Positions 24,609-38,111 of a stretch of 64,000 bases of DNA are shown here, piece after piece. The DNA is taken from the NCBI GenBank assembly GCA_951406725.2, contig OX597829.1, positions 5,456,001 through 5,520,000 on the forward strand. The letters run 5' to 3'. Below the pieces are notes generated by a model that was given only the letters and a program-made list of their open reading frames with translations, did no database searches and was not told where the DNA came from. The DNA comes from Octopus vulgaris (lineage: Eukaryota). Within the stretch, counting starts at the first letter, position 1. Each line of letters begins with the position of its first letter. Made by a program: the position numbers and the translations under genes.

Positions 24609-25023
24609 GGCGCAGGAGTGGCTGTGTGGTGAGTAGCTTGCTTACCAACCACATGGTTCCGGGTTCAGTCCCACTGCGTGGCACCTTGGGCAAGTGTCTT
24701 CTACTATAGCCTCGGGCCGACCAAAGCCTTGTGAGTGGATTTGGTAGACGGAAACTGAAAGAAGCCCGTCGTATATATGTATGTGTGTATATGTTTGTGT
24801 GTCTGTGTTGTGTGTCTGTGTTTGCCCCCCCCCCCCAACATCGCTTGACAACCGATGCTGGTGTGTTTGTGTCCCTGTAACTTAGCGGTTCGGCAAAAGA
24901 GACCGATAGAATAAGTACTAGGCTTACAAAGAATAAGTCCTGGGGTCGATTTAGTCGACTAAAAGCAGTGCTCCAGCATGGCCGCAGTCAAATGACTGAA
25001 ACAAGTAAAAGAGAGTAAAGAGT
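24609..25023 (+). mobile_element. SINE family A, full length
   Basis: Complete head with A/B boxes, body, microsatellite and gactgaaacaagtaaaagag tail. Confidence 0.93.
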
Positions 25024-25405
25024 ATGCCTTCAAGTGTAAATAATTTGGTATTCCTGACAGTGAATGCATTCATTGTTGTATGTCTATCTATCTGAATAAG
25101 ACTCTGTGTTGAAAGATCATATATCAATGAATAAAAATATAAAATGAAGGGAAATATAATGACTCATATTAATACGTAACTGAGCTGGGTTTGTAGAAAT
25201 AAAAAGATTCTCTATTATTGAAAATATGCAGCAAGAAATACAGACAAGGAGCCATCCATGCACACATACAGATAATAACAAATACATACACATAAAAAAT
25301 AATCAAAAACAAACATACAAGCTTGAAAACGTGTGTATGAGTGGCATATTTATACACATACACACATATATGCATATATATATATGTATATATATATATA
25401 CATAA

Positions 25406-25512
<107 letters not shown>

Positions 25513-25649
25513 AGGTTTGCATGCATATACTATGCTTCTACACAAATATATTGTTTGATTAAGGTAAGTTGAGACTTCGAAGTCACTGTCAATAGTTTTC
25601 CTAGTAGAAAGAGATAAATATGCAATTTATTGAAAAGTACTTACGCTAA

Positions 25650-25702
<53 letters not shown>

Positions 25703-27561
25703 CGTGTGTGTGTGTATATATGTTTAAAATACATACATATACGCACATATCACACGCATGCATACGCATATATATATAGATGCATGTATGTATATATATA
25801 TGTTTTGTGAGCGCATATGCATGTATATTTTTATGTACATATATATATATATATATTTGTGCGTATTTAACATTGTATGTATGTACGTATGTATGTAATG
25901 CCGACATAAGGTAAGATATTGGCGGTTCTATTATTGCTCTCCTGTATATTGAATCTGCTCTGAGACCGAAACAGTTTGAAATACAGGCAACTAAATTATC
26001 AATAGAGGGAAATTTTAGCGGTAAAAGATTTTGCCTTTTATCAGCAGGGGTTTACATGCAATATTGCCATGATATATGTGAATTGATTCCACTCTCAAAG
26101 AAAGTAAATTATATTTATCTATTTGTTTGTTTATTTGTTTATTTATTTATTTATCTAGCATTGAGCTTGTCTGGGTCTTTCACAATGAAAACAATTCTTT
26201 TCGGAACTGAATAAAAAAAAAAAGAAAAAAGAGATAAAAGAAAAAATATATATGTATACAAAAATGAAGAGTTTTGACTACGAAAGAGTTGTAATGAAAG
26301 ACGATTTGTCTGCTCCATTACTTTATGTGTTGGTAAAATGTTTTGAAGGTCGTAAGAAAATAAATATTGCATGGACGTTTTAATTGAATTATATAAAAAA
26401 AAAATGTGTTTTGGTTTATGTAAATAATAAGTATTGGTTTGTGTACACACACACACACACACTCACACATTTAAATGTTGTCTCTTGTGTTAAATAAGCT
26501 TATGTTTCGTTGCTGGAACTGTCTTTAATTAGATTCTGCATTTACTACAAGTAAAAATAGACGGCAGTATATTGGCAGAATTGGTATAAAAGCAGGGAAA
26601 AAATGCTTTGCGATGTTTAACCATGTTTCTTTACGTTCTGACACTCAATTTCACTAATGTCGATTTTATCTTTCTTTCATCCGTCCTGAGTCGATGAAAT
26701 AAGAACCAGCCAAGCACTAGAATCAATTTAATAAACTTTAGAACTCCCCGGCTATGTCGCATAAATTATTACTATTTATAATGATTGTTGGAATATTTTA
26801 GCGGGATTGGTAAATAAAAACTTTTTTGTGGTATTTAGTCATTATGTTCTAAGTTTAAATTTCACAAACAATATTTCCAGTCAAGAAATAGACTTAATTT
26901 AATTGACTAAACACTTACCGTAAAATATTGTGTCCTTGTGTTTCAGTAATTTCTTCCCAAAGCGGTGTCCTACTTCTACAACCTTAAGTAAATAAACTTT
27001 ACTATATTAGTTTGTTTTACAAATAGATTGTGCCTTTAAAATTTGTATTTATGTGTATATATTTTTTATAAACAATACTATTTTCCTATACCAACAAATG
27101 TTCAATCTTGTATATTTACATAGTGTTCTTTTCATCACTACTCCGTCATGTAGAGTCGCGGGTATATTTGCAGATAAGATCAGAATACGATTCTTCTTAC
27201 CAGCAAAAGGAAAATATTATTAGTTATTTTCTAACGTTCTTTTTTTCCCACTGCATATCTTTTTGTACTTAATTCTTTTAATGATCTATGCATTCAATAT
27301 ATTAGCAATAAAACATTTATATCAATATAGAGTTCATAGCATTGATAATACAGAATTGATAATTTTCTCAATTACAATTCGCAAATAGTTACTCTTCAAG
27401 AGAGGAACCTGGTCAATCTGCTTTTTAACCATAAATTATGTTATTAATGTTATCTAGAAATAGGTCGTCCTTTCAACGAATTTTCATCTGCAATTTGGCG
27501 TCAAAATTAGTCTTTCTTAATTAAAACCAGTGTGTAAAGTAGGAAATGAATATTTTCTTAT

Positions 27562-27980
27562 CTTTTACTTGTTTCAGTCATTAGACTGTGGCCATGCTGT
27601 GGCACCGCCTTGAAGAATATTTAGTTGAATGTATCGACTACAATACCTATTTTTTTCTATAAAGCCTGGTACTTATTCTATTGGTCTCTTTTACCGAACC
27701 GCTAACTTACAGGGACGTAAACACACCAGCACCGGTTGTCAAGTGGCGGAGTAGGTGGGGACAAACACAGACACAGACACACACTTGGACATACACACGC
27801 ACTCACTCACACATTTATATATATAATAAGACGCGCTTCTTTCAGTTTCCGTCTACCAAATCCACTCAAAATATTTTGGTCGGCTCGAGGCTATAGAAGA
27901 TACTTTCCCAACGTGCCACGCTGTGGAACTGAATCCAGAACCAAATGACTGGGAAGGAAGCTTATTTTCACACAGCCACA
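27562..27980 (-). mobile_element. SINE family A, diverged
   Basis: Colinear with 24609-25023. Confidence 0.85.
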
Positions 27981-28769
27981 CCAGAGCATCATCTTTTATA
28001 ATAAAGTTGTGTGGTTAAATGATTAACCTTGCAGTCACATGCGTTCTAGTCAATTCCGCTTGCATGGCACCCTGTTATTAAGAATCGTTCATGCTTTAAG
28101 ACTGAATTGTGTAGAAAAGAAAACTGGAATGGTAACAAAGACCGTTTTTGAAGGAGGGCAACAAACTAGAAACGGTCGAATAACATTAAAAAATTGGATA
28201 AACAAACAAAACTAACAGACAAATCATTAGTGAAAACTCCATTGTCGACACACAGCAATGGCATCTAGAAGAAATATATTACAACAGTACCTCTACGACT
28301 CCATCGCAGTTATGAAGGCCCAAACGAAAACCCTCAGAGCCATTTTTTCATAAATACTAATGCTGCGCCGCCTACGGTCATTAATCTTAGGCATAAGCTA
28401 AACAAGCTACAACAATTTTAGGATCATAAACTACAGGAACCGCAAAGGAATTAAAATGAAACATATGCTTTCAATTTCCTTGACACTTCTTGGTACTAAG
28501 TTTTTAATGAGAGCCTACCAAGTTTATATAAATTAAGGCCTCACCATGTCTCTCGATTTCATACTACCACCGGTTGCAAACAATCTGAACAAGTCTTTTG
28601 TTTGATGTTAACAAGGTATTTTAACGTTTTGCTTCTTACCGTAGCGACCATGAATTGCACCGTTTTCTTTCCTTTTCTGCTCCCATTTTCCGGTACCAAA
28701 TAAAAATTTCATAAATGTTGCGCTTTGTACTTTGATAAAGCCATATGTTGTTTGCTTTTTCCCCTTATA

Positions 28770-28931
28770 GGCGCAGGAGTGGCTGTGTGGTAAGTAGCTT
28801 GTTTACCAACCACATGGTTCCGGGTTCAGTCCCACTGAGTGGCACCTTGAGCAAGTGCCTTCTACTATAGCCTCGGGCCGTTTAAAGCCTTGTGAGTGGA
28901 TTTGGTAGGCGGAAACTGAAAGAAGCCCGTC

Positions 28932-29011
<80 letters not shown>

Positions 29012-29218
29012 ATGTGTCTGTGTTTGTCCCCCTAGCATTGCTTGACAACCGATGCTGGTGTGTTTATGTCCCGTTACTTAGCGGTTCGGCAAAAGAAACC
29101 GATAGAATAAGTACTAGGCTTACAAAAGAATAAATCCCGGGGTCGAGTTACTCGATTGAAGGCGGTGCTTCAGCATGGCCGCAGTCAAATGACTGAAACA
29201 AGTAAAAGAGTAAAAGAG
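28770..29218 (+). mobile_element. SINE family A, full length
   Basis: Colinear with 24609-25023. Confidence 0.93.
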
Positions 29219-29391
29219 AGAGAGTTATACATTTTTCCTAGTTAACCTCTTCATAGTAAATTTTGCAGTGTCCCATTGTGTCACTGTGATAATCTATAGT
29301 TGGAATTTACAAAAAAGCAAAACAAAAGACGAAGACGGGTGTGTAGACAAGAAACAGATGTATTAGTTTAACGCTCGGGAAGTGAGAATGT

Positions 29392-29427
29392 CTTTTACGT
29401 TTCGAGTCTACGCTCTTCAACAGAAAG
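29392..29427 (-). ncRNA. Hammerhead-like motif with A6U core (family H3, second copy)
   Basis: CUUU CUGUUGA A GAGC[GUAG]ACUC GAAA CG UA AAAG. Confidence 0.62.
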
Positions 29428-29819
29428 CAACACGATGAAATAAACAGAGAGAGAAAATAAAAAACAAAGATTAGTGGCTAGCGATCGATCTATACCTGTT
29501 TGTAGTACACTTATTTACAATCAATAGTTATTGGTTATTGTAGCTATTGAGATTTAAGTGCAAAACATCCGCTGGTAATATTGAGATACAATTTTACCAG
29601 CGGATGTTTTGTTGTCAAATTTATACAGTAAATTTATACAGGCGCAGGAGTGGCTGTGTGGTAAGTAGCTTGCTTGCCAACCACATGGTTCCGGGTTCAG
29701 TCCCACTGCGTGGCACCTTGGGCAAGTGTCTTCTACTATAGCCTCGGGCCGACCAAAGCCTTGTGAGTGGATTTGGTAGACGGAAACTGAAAGAAGCCTG
29801 TCGTATATATATGTATATA

Positions 29820-30331
29820 TCTATATATATAAAACTGTAGTTGTGTGAGTGCCTGTCCCCTTCGATTTAGATTCCTAACTACTCCCACATTTTGCGGTGC
29901 AGTTTAACCAAATTCGGATATCTTATAGTCGTGATTAATATCGAGCCCGTCTGAGTACTAGCGCGCGTCTACGATGAGTCTACGATTTAAAAAATAATTT
30001 AACATCATTTTTTATTCCATTTTAATGCATAATTTTTCGTGTGTCGATGGCGGCGGAGTTGGCGTCCATGGTCACACCTGCACCTGTTTGCTTCTCCCCT
30101 TCTTCCCTCCCTCGTGAAGCTGTGGGGAAGGGAGTGTAAGGAAATCAACGTCGTAAAGCGTTGTCAAGGAGACCAGCGTTCTTTTAGAACAACGACTTCA
30201 TGGCTTGAAGACACCAAAACAGAAATGGCTAAGAAAGCCCGAATTGGCATCTATAATGGATGTAACTCTCTAAAAATGCTTATATAGTTATTTCCCTTAC
30301 AAACCCGAGCAACGCCGGGCGATACTGCTAG
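29820..30331 (+). mobile_element. Non-autonomous Helitron
   Basis: Starts TCtatatatataaaactg; ends cccgagcaacgccggg-cgatactg-CTAG followed by T. Confidence 0.85.
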
Positions 30332-30439
30332 TTTAGATATAAAAGTATGTTTATTATGGCCATGGCCGTCCTTCGTTTTGAGTAACACAACTGTCATTGC
30401 CTTATAAGCCATCCTTTTTTCTAAAGATATATATATATA

Positions 30440-30806
30440 TCTAAAAAGCTGAAGTTGTCTGTGTGTGGCAGATATGGTAGCTTTCAACTAACACTATCTC
30501 CTCTGAGACCCTGCGGCGCAAGTTCACAAAAATTGAGAGTATGATAGAAGAAGGCTTGCTCTTCTTTCCGTAGAAGAAAAAAATTCAAATCGGACCATGT
30601 TAACACCAAAACTTATTTACATCAAAAAGGTGCTTTTTTTCTATGAAAATCCTTATTTTTTTACGATTTTTTGACTGCTGTGTCGCCATTTTTCGGTGTA
30701 TTTCAACCAGAAAAATGTTCACTTAAAGAGGATAACAACTACTTTTCAAAAATTCCAATTCTAAAGGGTCGAAACAAACCCGAGCAACGCCGGGCGATAC
30801 TGCTAG
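30440..30806 (+). mobile_element. Non-autonomous Helitron (second, different body)
   Basis: Starts near tatatatatctaaaaagctgaagttg; same 3' hairpin and CTAG followed by T. The 5' boundary is uncertain (30420-30440). Confidence 0.82.
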
Positions 30807-31859
30807 TATATATATATATATATATATATATATCTGTGTGTGTGTGTGTGTTTGTCCCTCTAGCATTGCTTGACAACCGATGCTGGTGTGTTTACGTCCC
30901 CGTCACTTAGCGGGTCGGCAAAAGAGACCGATAGAATAAGTACTGGGCTTACAAAGAATAAGTCCCGGGGTCGAGTTGCTCGATCAAAGGCGGTGCTCCA
31001 GCATGGCCGCAGTCAAATGACTGAAACAAGTAAAAGAGTAAAAGAGTAAACAATATATGCTGTATCGTTTTACTTATTTCAACTCACCCGCATTCTTCTT
31101 CATTTGCTTTTCTATTTTGGGGAAACTTGAGATTCACAACTTATTTTCATAAAAGGAGCTTCACAATATCAGTCGTTTATTTTGTTCACCTGACCATAAT
31201 CATAATTCAATAAATTAATAATAGAATATCAAGATGGCTGTCCATTCTTATAGTCAATAAATTAGTAACGGAATCGCAAAATGACCAAAAATGCCTTCCA
31301 GAGACAAATAAATCTGATATTTTTAGAATCAGGTTAGTTAGATTATTACTTTATCTAATGAACTTTTATGAAGGGAATATATAATTATTAGGAAAGGAAT
31401 TTGGATTCTCTTATAAATTGGTTTTGATAGAATGTACAGAATAGTATTTACAAATAGTATTTTCTTACAAATAAACAACTTCAGCGAATATCCGAACACC
31501 TTAACGTTATAACATCAAATCTTCTTTGCAGGCGTTTCCTCAGAAAGATGTCTCATGGCAGTCAAGTGAATGGCTAAAAAAAGCAGCCAAATTCAACTCG
31601 GATCACACCTTACTGCATTTAAAATTCGATAATATAGTAAGAGTTTCAATATGTGTGTGTGTTAATTTTATTCGAGGTCTCATCGAGTATATAATTTAAA
31701 TAAAGTTTGAAGTTTATTCAGTTTATAAGAAAATAAGAAATATCAAACTCTACGCTTGTAGTGATTCCATAATCCAGTTAAAGTTCATTGCCTCTATGCA
31801 TATGTAAACAGTCATTTTAAACATTAAATGTGTTTACATGCATAAATACACACACACAC

Positions 31860-31911
<52 letters not shown>

Positions 31912-31943
31912 TATACGAATGTATATTTTCATGTATATATATA

Positions 31944-32328
31944 TGATTGATTGATTGATTGATTCTAGTTTCAGCTTATGCGCTGTGGCCATGCTGGGGC
32001 ACCGCCATTTGGTGTTGCTACTTGGTTTCACTTCATGGAGGCTTTCTAGCAACTGCTATTTGGTGCATGAGAGAGTTCGATGCAGCTGCCCTCATCTGCC
32101 CCTCCTGCCGTGAAGTTGGTTCATCTGGGACACCTGACAGGAAGAGATCCAGCTCCATTTTAAAGACATCTGTATCCACCCCATGCAGGTCTCTCAGGTT
32201 CTTCGGGAGGATATTGAAGAGCTGTGGGCCTCGGAAGCCCAGGCTATCACAGAATCTTGTCCTACATCTTGATGGCAAGTTTGGAGTCCTAGGCACCACG
32301 CAGTGGCGCCCAGTTCTGGCATTTGCGT
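31944..32328 (-). mobile_element. 3' end of a CR1/L2-group LINE with an (ATCA)n tail
   Basis: ORF SLGFRGPQLFNILPKNLRDLHGVDTDVFKMELDLFLSGVPDEP; a second, diverged copy lies at 34345-34540(+). Confidence 0.8.
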
Positions 32329-32454
32329 AAATATTTATATATAAATATTTATATATAAATATTTCTATATAAATATTTATATATTTATAAAAATGGTAAG
32401 ACAACAAAAGAAAAAAAGAGAGCTCGATATTATATAAATAGAGGAATTTATCTG

Positions 32455-32760
32455 TAAATATAATATGTGATAATTATTCGGTAGCCATGATAGAACCCCC
32501 CGTTTCGGATGCCGAGGTGGAAATCCACGCCGCCATCTCTTCAGTTATCCGACCATCGGAAAAATGCTATGAAAAATGATCGTTATACAAAGGGAAATTA
32601 CTGTGTGATTGCTGTGTGACTCCCTTTGTATAACGGTCATTTTTCATTGCATTTTTCCGGTGGCTGGGTAACTGAAGAGATAGCGGCGGGGATTTCTCCC
32701 TCGGCATCCGAAACTCGGAGTTTTATCATGGCTACCGAATAATTTTCACATATTACATTT
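32455..32760. repeat. Fold-back element with about 140-bp arms, each containing a hammerhead-like motif (family H7)
   Basis: attattcggtagccatgata...cgttatacaaaggga versus tccctttgtataacg...tatcatggctaccgaataat. Confidence 0.88.
32667..32727 (+). ncRNA. Hammerhead motif (family H7); mirror copy at 32489-32550 on the minus strand
   Basis: GGUAA CUGAAGA GAU...AUC C GAAA CUCGGAG UU UUAUC. Stem I GGUAA/UUAUC, near-palindromic stem III. Confidence 0.65.
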
Positions 32761-32817
32761 ATATATATATTATATGTATGTATGTATGGATGCATGTATA
32801 TATATATATATATATAT

Positions 32818-32900
<83 letters not shown>

Positions 32901-32941
32901 TAAATTTACTTGGAGATGGATGCGTGGCGTTCAATAATATA

Positions 32942-32988
<47 letters not shown>

Positions 32989-33009
32989 CATATATGTACA
33001 TATATGGCA

Positions 33010-33074
<65 letters not shown>

Positions 33075-33698
33075 TGTATGTATGTATGTATGTATATATG
33101 TATATATGCATATATGGGCACATAACATCACAAAACGTAAACAACACGAAACACGCAAACTTTTTTGCGAACAACGTGAGAAACAAATGGAAAATAAGAC
33201 AAGTAACATAAAGAACGACCCTTCATCAGTTGTCGGCTGTTTATTCACTCCATATTTCGAGCAATTCACTACAATATGTGCCTTCGAGAAAACAGTCGCA
33301 AACCAAAATGAAATTTGGGATTTTGCGGATGGGCAAAGTTAGTAACAAAAACAGAACAGTGAAACAAATAGTGAGGGCTGCTAAGCCAGAAGGGGCAAGG
33401 TGGCGAACGCTGAGGAAGATTCTTTGACAAGCGAAAAGATAGGAGAGGAGACAGACAAGAATAAGTCTGGTCTGTGAAGCAGACAGGAAGAAAAGACAGA
33501 TGAAGACGTGTGGTAAAAAAAAGATGAACGATGGTCATGTGTGAGCAACGAGAGAGTAAAGGAGAAAGGGGTAGAGAGAGAGGGATGGACAGAGAGAAAA
33601 CAGAAGGGGAGAAAAAAGAATCAGAGAAAACAGTACAGAGGAGAGTCGCATCAAATTTAAGATAAAATTACGTGGAAATGGATGCGTGGCGTTCAATC

Positions 33699-33779
<81 letters not shown>

Positions 33780-33787
33780 TAATAATA

Positions 33788-33837
<50 letters not shown>

Positions 33838-34028
33838 TATATACCTACATATATGTACATACTGACATATATATGTATATATATATATGGATATATAGGC
33901 ACAGGACGTCACAAAACGTAAACAATATGAAGTATGAAGACAAACTTTTATTTATATTTGATATATATGTATATATATATATATGCATGTATACATACAT
34001 ATATATTCTATACAAATGTAGATGTTCA

Positions 34029-34092
<64 letters not shown>

Positions 34093-34344
34093 TATGCATG
34101 TATGTATTTTCATGCTTGCACACACATGCGCTCCCTACCACCACTTCATAATCCTTCGTCTAAAATACTAGCCATTTTAGATTGGCGAAATTGTTCAATG
34201 AATCGAAGAATATTAAAACCAGATTAGCACTGATAGAGAAGTCATTTGATCGCAAATATTGTGGCTATGAACATTAGGAAATTGAATTGATATATCTATC
34301 ACGTTGCACAAATATTTTTGTATATATCTTTAAAATATATCTTT

Positions 34345-34540
34345 AAAAATCAAAGCTGGACCTCTTCCTGTCGAGAGTCCCAGATGAGCCTACCTCACGG
34401 CAAGAGGTGCAAATGAGGGTAGCTATATCAAATTCCATTCTTCATCAAGTGCCACATATTAGAGGAGGCTCCTAGTAATAACAGTGTAGTGCAAAACGGC
34501 GGTGCATCAGCATGGCCGCAGCTCTGAGTCGAAACTTTAA
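34345..34540 (+). mobile_element. Second 3' fragment of the same CR1/L2-group LINE
   Basis: KLDLFLSRVPDEPTSRQEVQMRVA plus a ggcggtgcatcagcatggccgcagc tail. Confidence 0.78.
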
Positions 34541-35148
34541 TAGAAAAAAAAAAGGCTAACAAATTTTTTTATAGTGGATCAGTCAATACTAAAACGTCTA
34601 ATTATACGTTTTTTTTTTCTTTTTTTTGTTTTTTGTTTTTTGTTTTGGTCCTTCACATCCGTGTCCATACTATTCCGAAATTAAGAACCGAAATTTACAC
34701 GGAAATAAAACAATGATACTATGTGAAAGGTATCCCAGGCTGATACGTTTTTCGCAAAATACACAAAAAATTTATTCAAAAAGTCTTGATATCCAACTGA
34801 GCTCACAATTTTTTTTTTTTTTTCGGTAACCAGTAGAAAGAAATCTTTAGTGGTTTCGTATACCGCTGACTTATAAATTGTACATATCCACTCGTCACAT
34901 TTCGTTTCTTTGTATGAATCCAAATCTAAAGATATTGATTTCAAATTTTGGCACAAAACCAGCAGGTTTGGGAGAATAGTTCAGTCCTTTAAATCGACTT
35001 CAGTGTTCAACTGGTACTTATTTTGTCGACCCCGAGAGGATGAAAAAATAAGGTGGGCACCGTCGTGCTGACAATTCTGCCAGCTCACCGCCTTTAAAAA
35101 TCTGAAGATATTAAAACTACTCTCATACAAAGGCTTAATTTGTTATAA

Positions 35149-35215
<67 letters not shown>

Positions 35216-35688
35216 GAGTGAGAGAGCAGTTTATGCCATCAAAGTGACACTGGGGTAAAATATACGAAGCCCAATATACCCATCATGACTACCCGTCTGA
35301 TAAGGGTACACCAGGCACATGCATCACAACCATATGTGCGCGACATGGTGATCTCATATCAAGATAAACAGCACATGACCTTGCAGGTGGGGCCCAGTTA
35401 GAATTTTCTTCAGGTTGAGTAGCCCATCCCGCTCAAACGGTCCCTGAATAAGGGTTGTTTAAGGATGTTGAAAGAACCACCCATGTTTCCAGAGGTGAAC
35501 TATTCAAACCCCAAAGAATCCCCCCAACACATGGCCATGATGCTCCCCCACTACTTCTGCTCGTGATCAGAGATGCACATATCGTCAGCCACTAAGGGAC
35601 ATGCTCAACTGGTTAAGGTCAAACAACTGACAAGCAAATCTGTGGTATTGAGCAGAATATTTGCTGTAACCCATCTTTTATACCAAGA
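35216..35688. mobile_element. Non-coding, roughly 470-bp insertion within a (TTA)n tract
   Basis: GC-balanced block with sharp borders and pure (TTA)n on both sides; no convincing ORF. Confidence 0.65.
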
Positions 35689-35689
35689 C

Positions 35690-35750
<61 letters not shown>

Positions 35751-37070
35751 GTTATTATTATTATGATTTAATGAAAATAATACCAGATAATAGGATCACC
35801 AGCTTCAGACAGCTGAAAGGCAGCGGATTCACGCACGACACTCTCGCCAAAGCCGGTTGCTATAATCTCTCTTACATTATTGCTAACAAATAGGCGATCT
35901 TATTAGTTTCTCTCACACAAAATAAAAATGACATTTTTTTCCTGAGGAAAAGGCAAACCCAACGTCTTCCCGCTACCAATATTTAAATACGTAACTAATT
36001 ATTCAGATAGACAGATACAATATTTGGCTGGTATTTCATTTTATTGAAAAGAGAAGGATGGAAGGGAAGTTGTTGTTGTTGGCATTTAAAGTAAGTACCC
36101 AAAGAACAGGAACAAATGGTGCAATAGTCCGATGTTCTAACGGTTCTGCCAATCACCCACTCTATGCCAGTTGATAGAATATTTAGTTCTTCCATCAACT
36201 TTATGCTTAATTTTTACGGTCATCAAATGCGAAATTATATACATAACCATTTTTATGGCTGAGTCGAGGTAAAACTATTTACCTTGCTATTTTGTGAATT
36301 AATGAACTTAGTTTCTCGGATATTGACGTGTCGACGCCCCCAGACGATGAAGTAGGCTAGCCCAGTACGTAGGTATAGAGGAAGAAGTCTAGACGTCGAG
36401 GAGTTGAGTAGAGGTCATCCGAACGTGCGATATAACAGGTATACTATATCATATTATAACACAACAAAGTCCATGTTATCTGTTTCAATTTTTTAATATA
36501 ATATGCACAATCAGAATAAGTCCTGGGATCGATTTCCTCGACTAAAGGCGGAGCTCCAGCACGGCCACAGTCAAATGACTGAAACAAGTAAAAGAGTAAA
36601 AGTGTAATCATGGATCAACTGCGAAAAACTATTAAAAGAGTTTCTAGGTCTTCGGCAAATTGCAAGAAATAGCAACCAAATTCACTCAAGTAACGTGCCT
36701 ACCTCATTAAAAAGGGAAACCATAGATGTAGAAACCAATGAGACAGTCGGTTTGTATGACTAAAACACCTTTCCTCTTTCATAGATATATTTCATCAGAA
36801 CAGACGTGGAATTAACCAAAACCAATGCTAAGATTCTTAATGGTCTTTGCTGAATGCTATAGATGTTCCTGAAAAGTGTCCCCGTGTGGTGCAGACATGT
36901 AATTGCTCGTACGTGCAAGTGTCTGTTGTCCACCGCTGATATTTTCCAATGAAAAGACCAGATCAAAACAGTTTCGCAACAGTGTCGAAATATTTACTAG
37001 AAGACACTTTAACTGATGTCCTAAGTAGTCTGCAACCTCGTACTATAAACAATATTTGATGTATCTATAA

Positions 37071-37270
37071 GGTAGTGTGCTGGCAGAATCGTTAGCACGC
37101 CGGTACAAAATGCTTAGCGGCATTTCGTCCGCCTTTACGTTCTTAAATCAAACTCCATCGAGGTCGATCCTTTCAGGGTCGTTAAAATAAGTACCAGTTG
37201 AACACTAGAGTCGAGGAAATAGACTTACCCCTCTCCCTAAAATTGCGTGCTTATGCCAAAATTTGAAACA
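37071..37270 (+). mobile_element. SINE family B
   Basis: ctggcagaatcgttagcacgccgg...aaatgcttagcggcatttcgtc...aataagtaccagttg. Confidence 0.82.
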
Positions 37271-37994
37271 TATATATAAATATATATATAAATAAAAACA
37301 TGTCAATATGGGTGACTCGAACCCTGCATTTATTGTATGGTAGGTGACTATCACCGATTAAAATATAGAACACCTCTTATTTTATTTTCTTAAATTATGT
37401 ACGCTAAAGTAATTTTATTTATATATTATATATTATTTGTACGATTTAATGCCTCAGATATGGTTCAAGTCTCCTTTGAAAGTTTGCTAGACTTTTCTGT
37501 CTCAAATTGGTTCTTATATATAAAATCAATCAATACAGTTAATCGATAGATGTATCTCTTGAAGAATCTCCAAGTTGCAATTACTCGGAATTAATGAGAA
37601 AAGACATTTGCAAAGTGAAGAGTAGTTTGTCTTCGAATACTCAGATCATCTCTTGAGTAAAAATACTGGGATTAGCTTAAGTTGTTTGAACCAAACGACC
37701 ATTAGCTACACTTTGCTAATATAAACTGAAGGGAAGCATCCTAAAATCCCATTACCTCGAGCTGGCCTCAAGTGAACTGAGATGATGTAGAAAAGCAGAT
37801 GTAACTGAAAATACCTAAATAAAGTGCAGTGATGCAAAAATTATTAAAACAGATACTGTTTCTGCTGCGCAAGTACTTGGGTTTCGTGGCTAGATTTCTT
37901 GTTAATAGGCAAGAGCTGTTCAAACGAACATAATCATAGGCACGCATATGCTTACACAGAGGAGAGAATCTAATGCTTTAATACAGATACATAC

Positions 37995-38111
<117 letters not shown>

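Larger units (their letters stand above)
29641..31048 (+). mobile_element. SINE family A split by Helitron insertion
   Basis: 5' half at 29641-29803 and 3' half at about 30835-31048; interrupted within its (TA)n tract. Confidence 0.9.

Noticed and set aside
28040-28760. Minus-strand peptide ...KWEQKRKENGAIHGRYG with a gtaag donor-like site
   Set aside because: No acceptor site, and the surrounding frames are closed. It could be a decayed piggyBac-like remnant, but this is unsupported.
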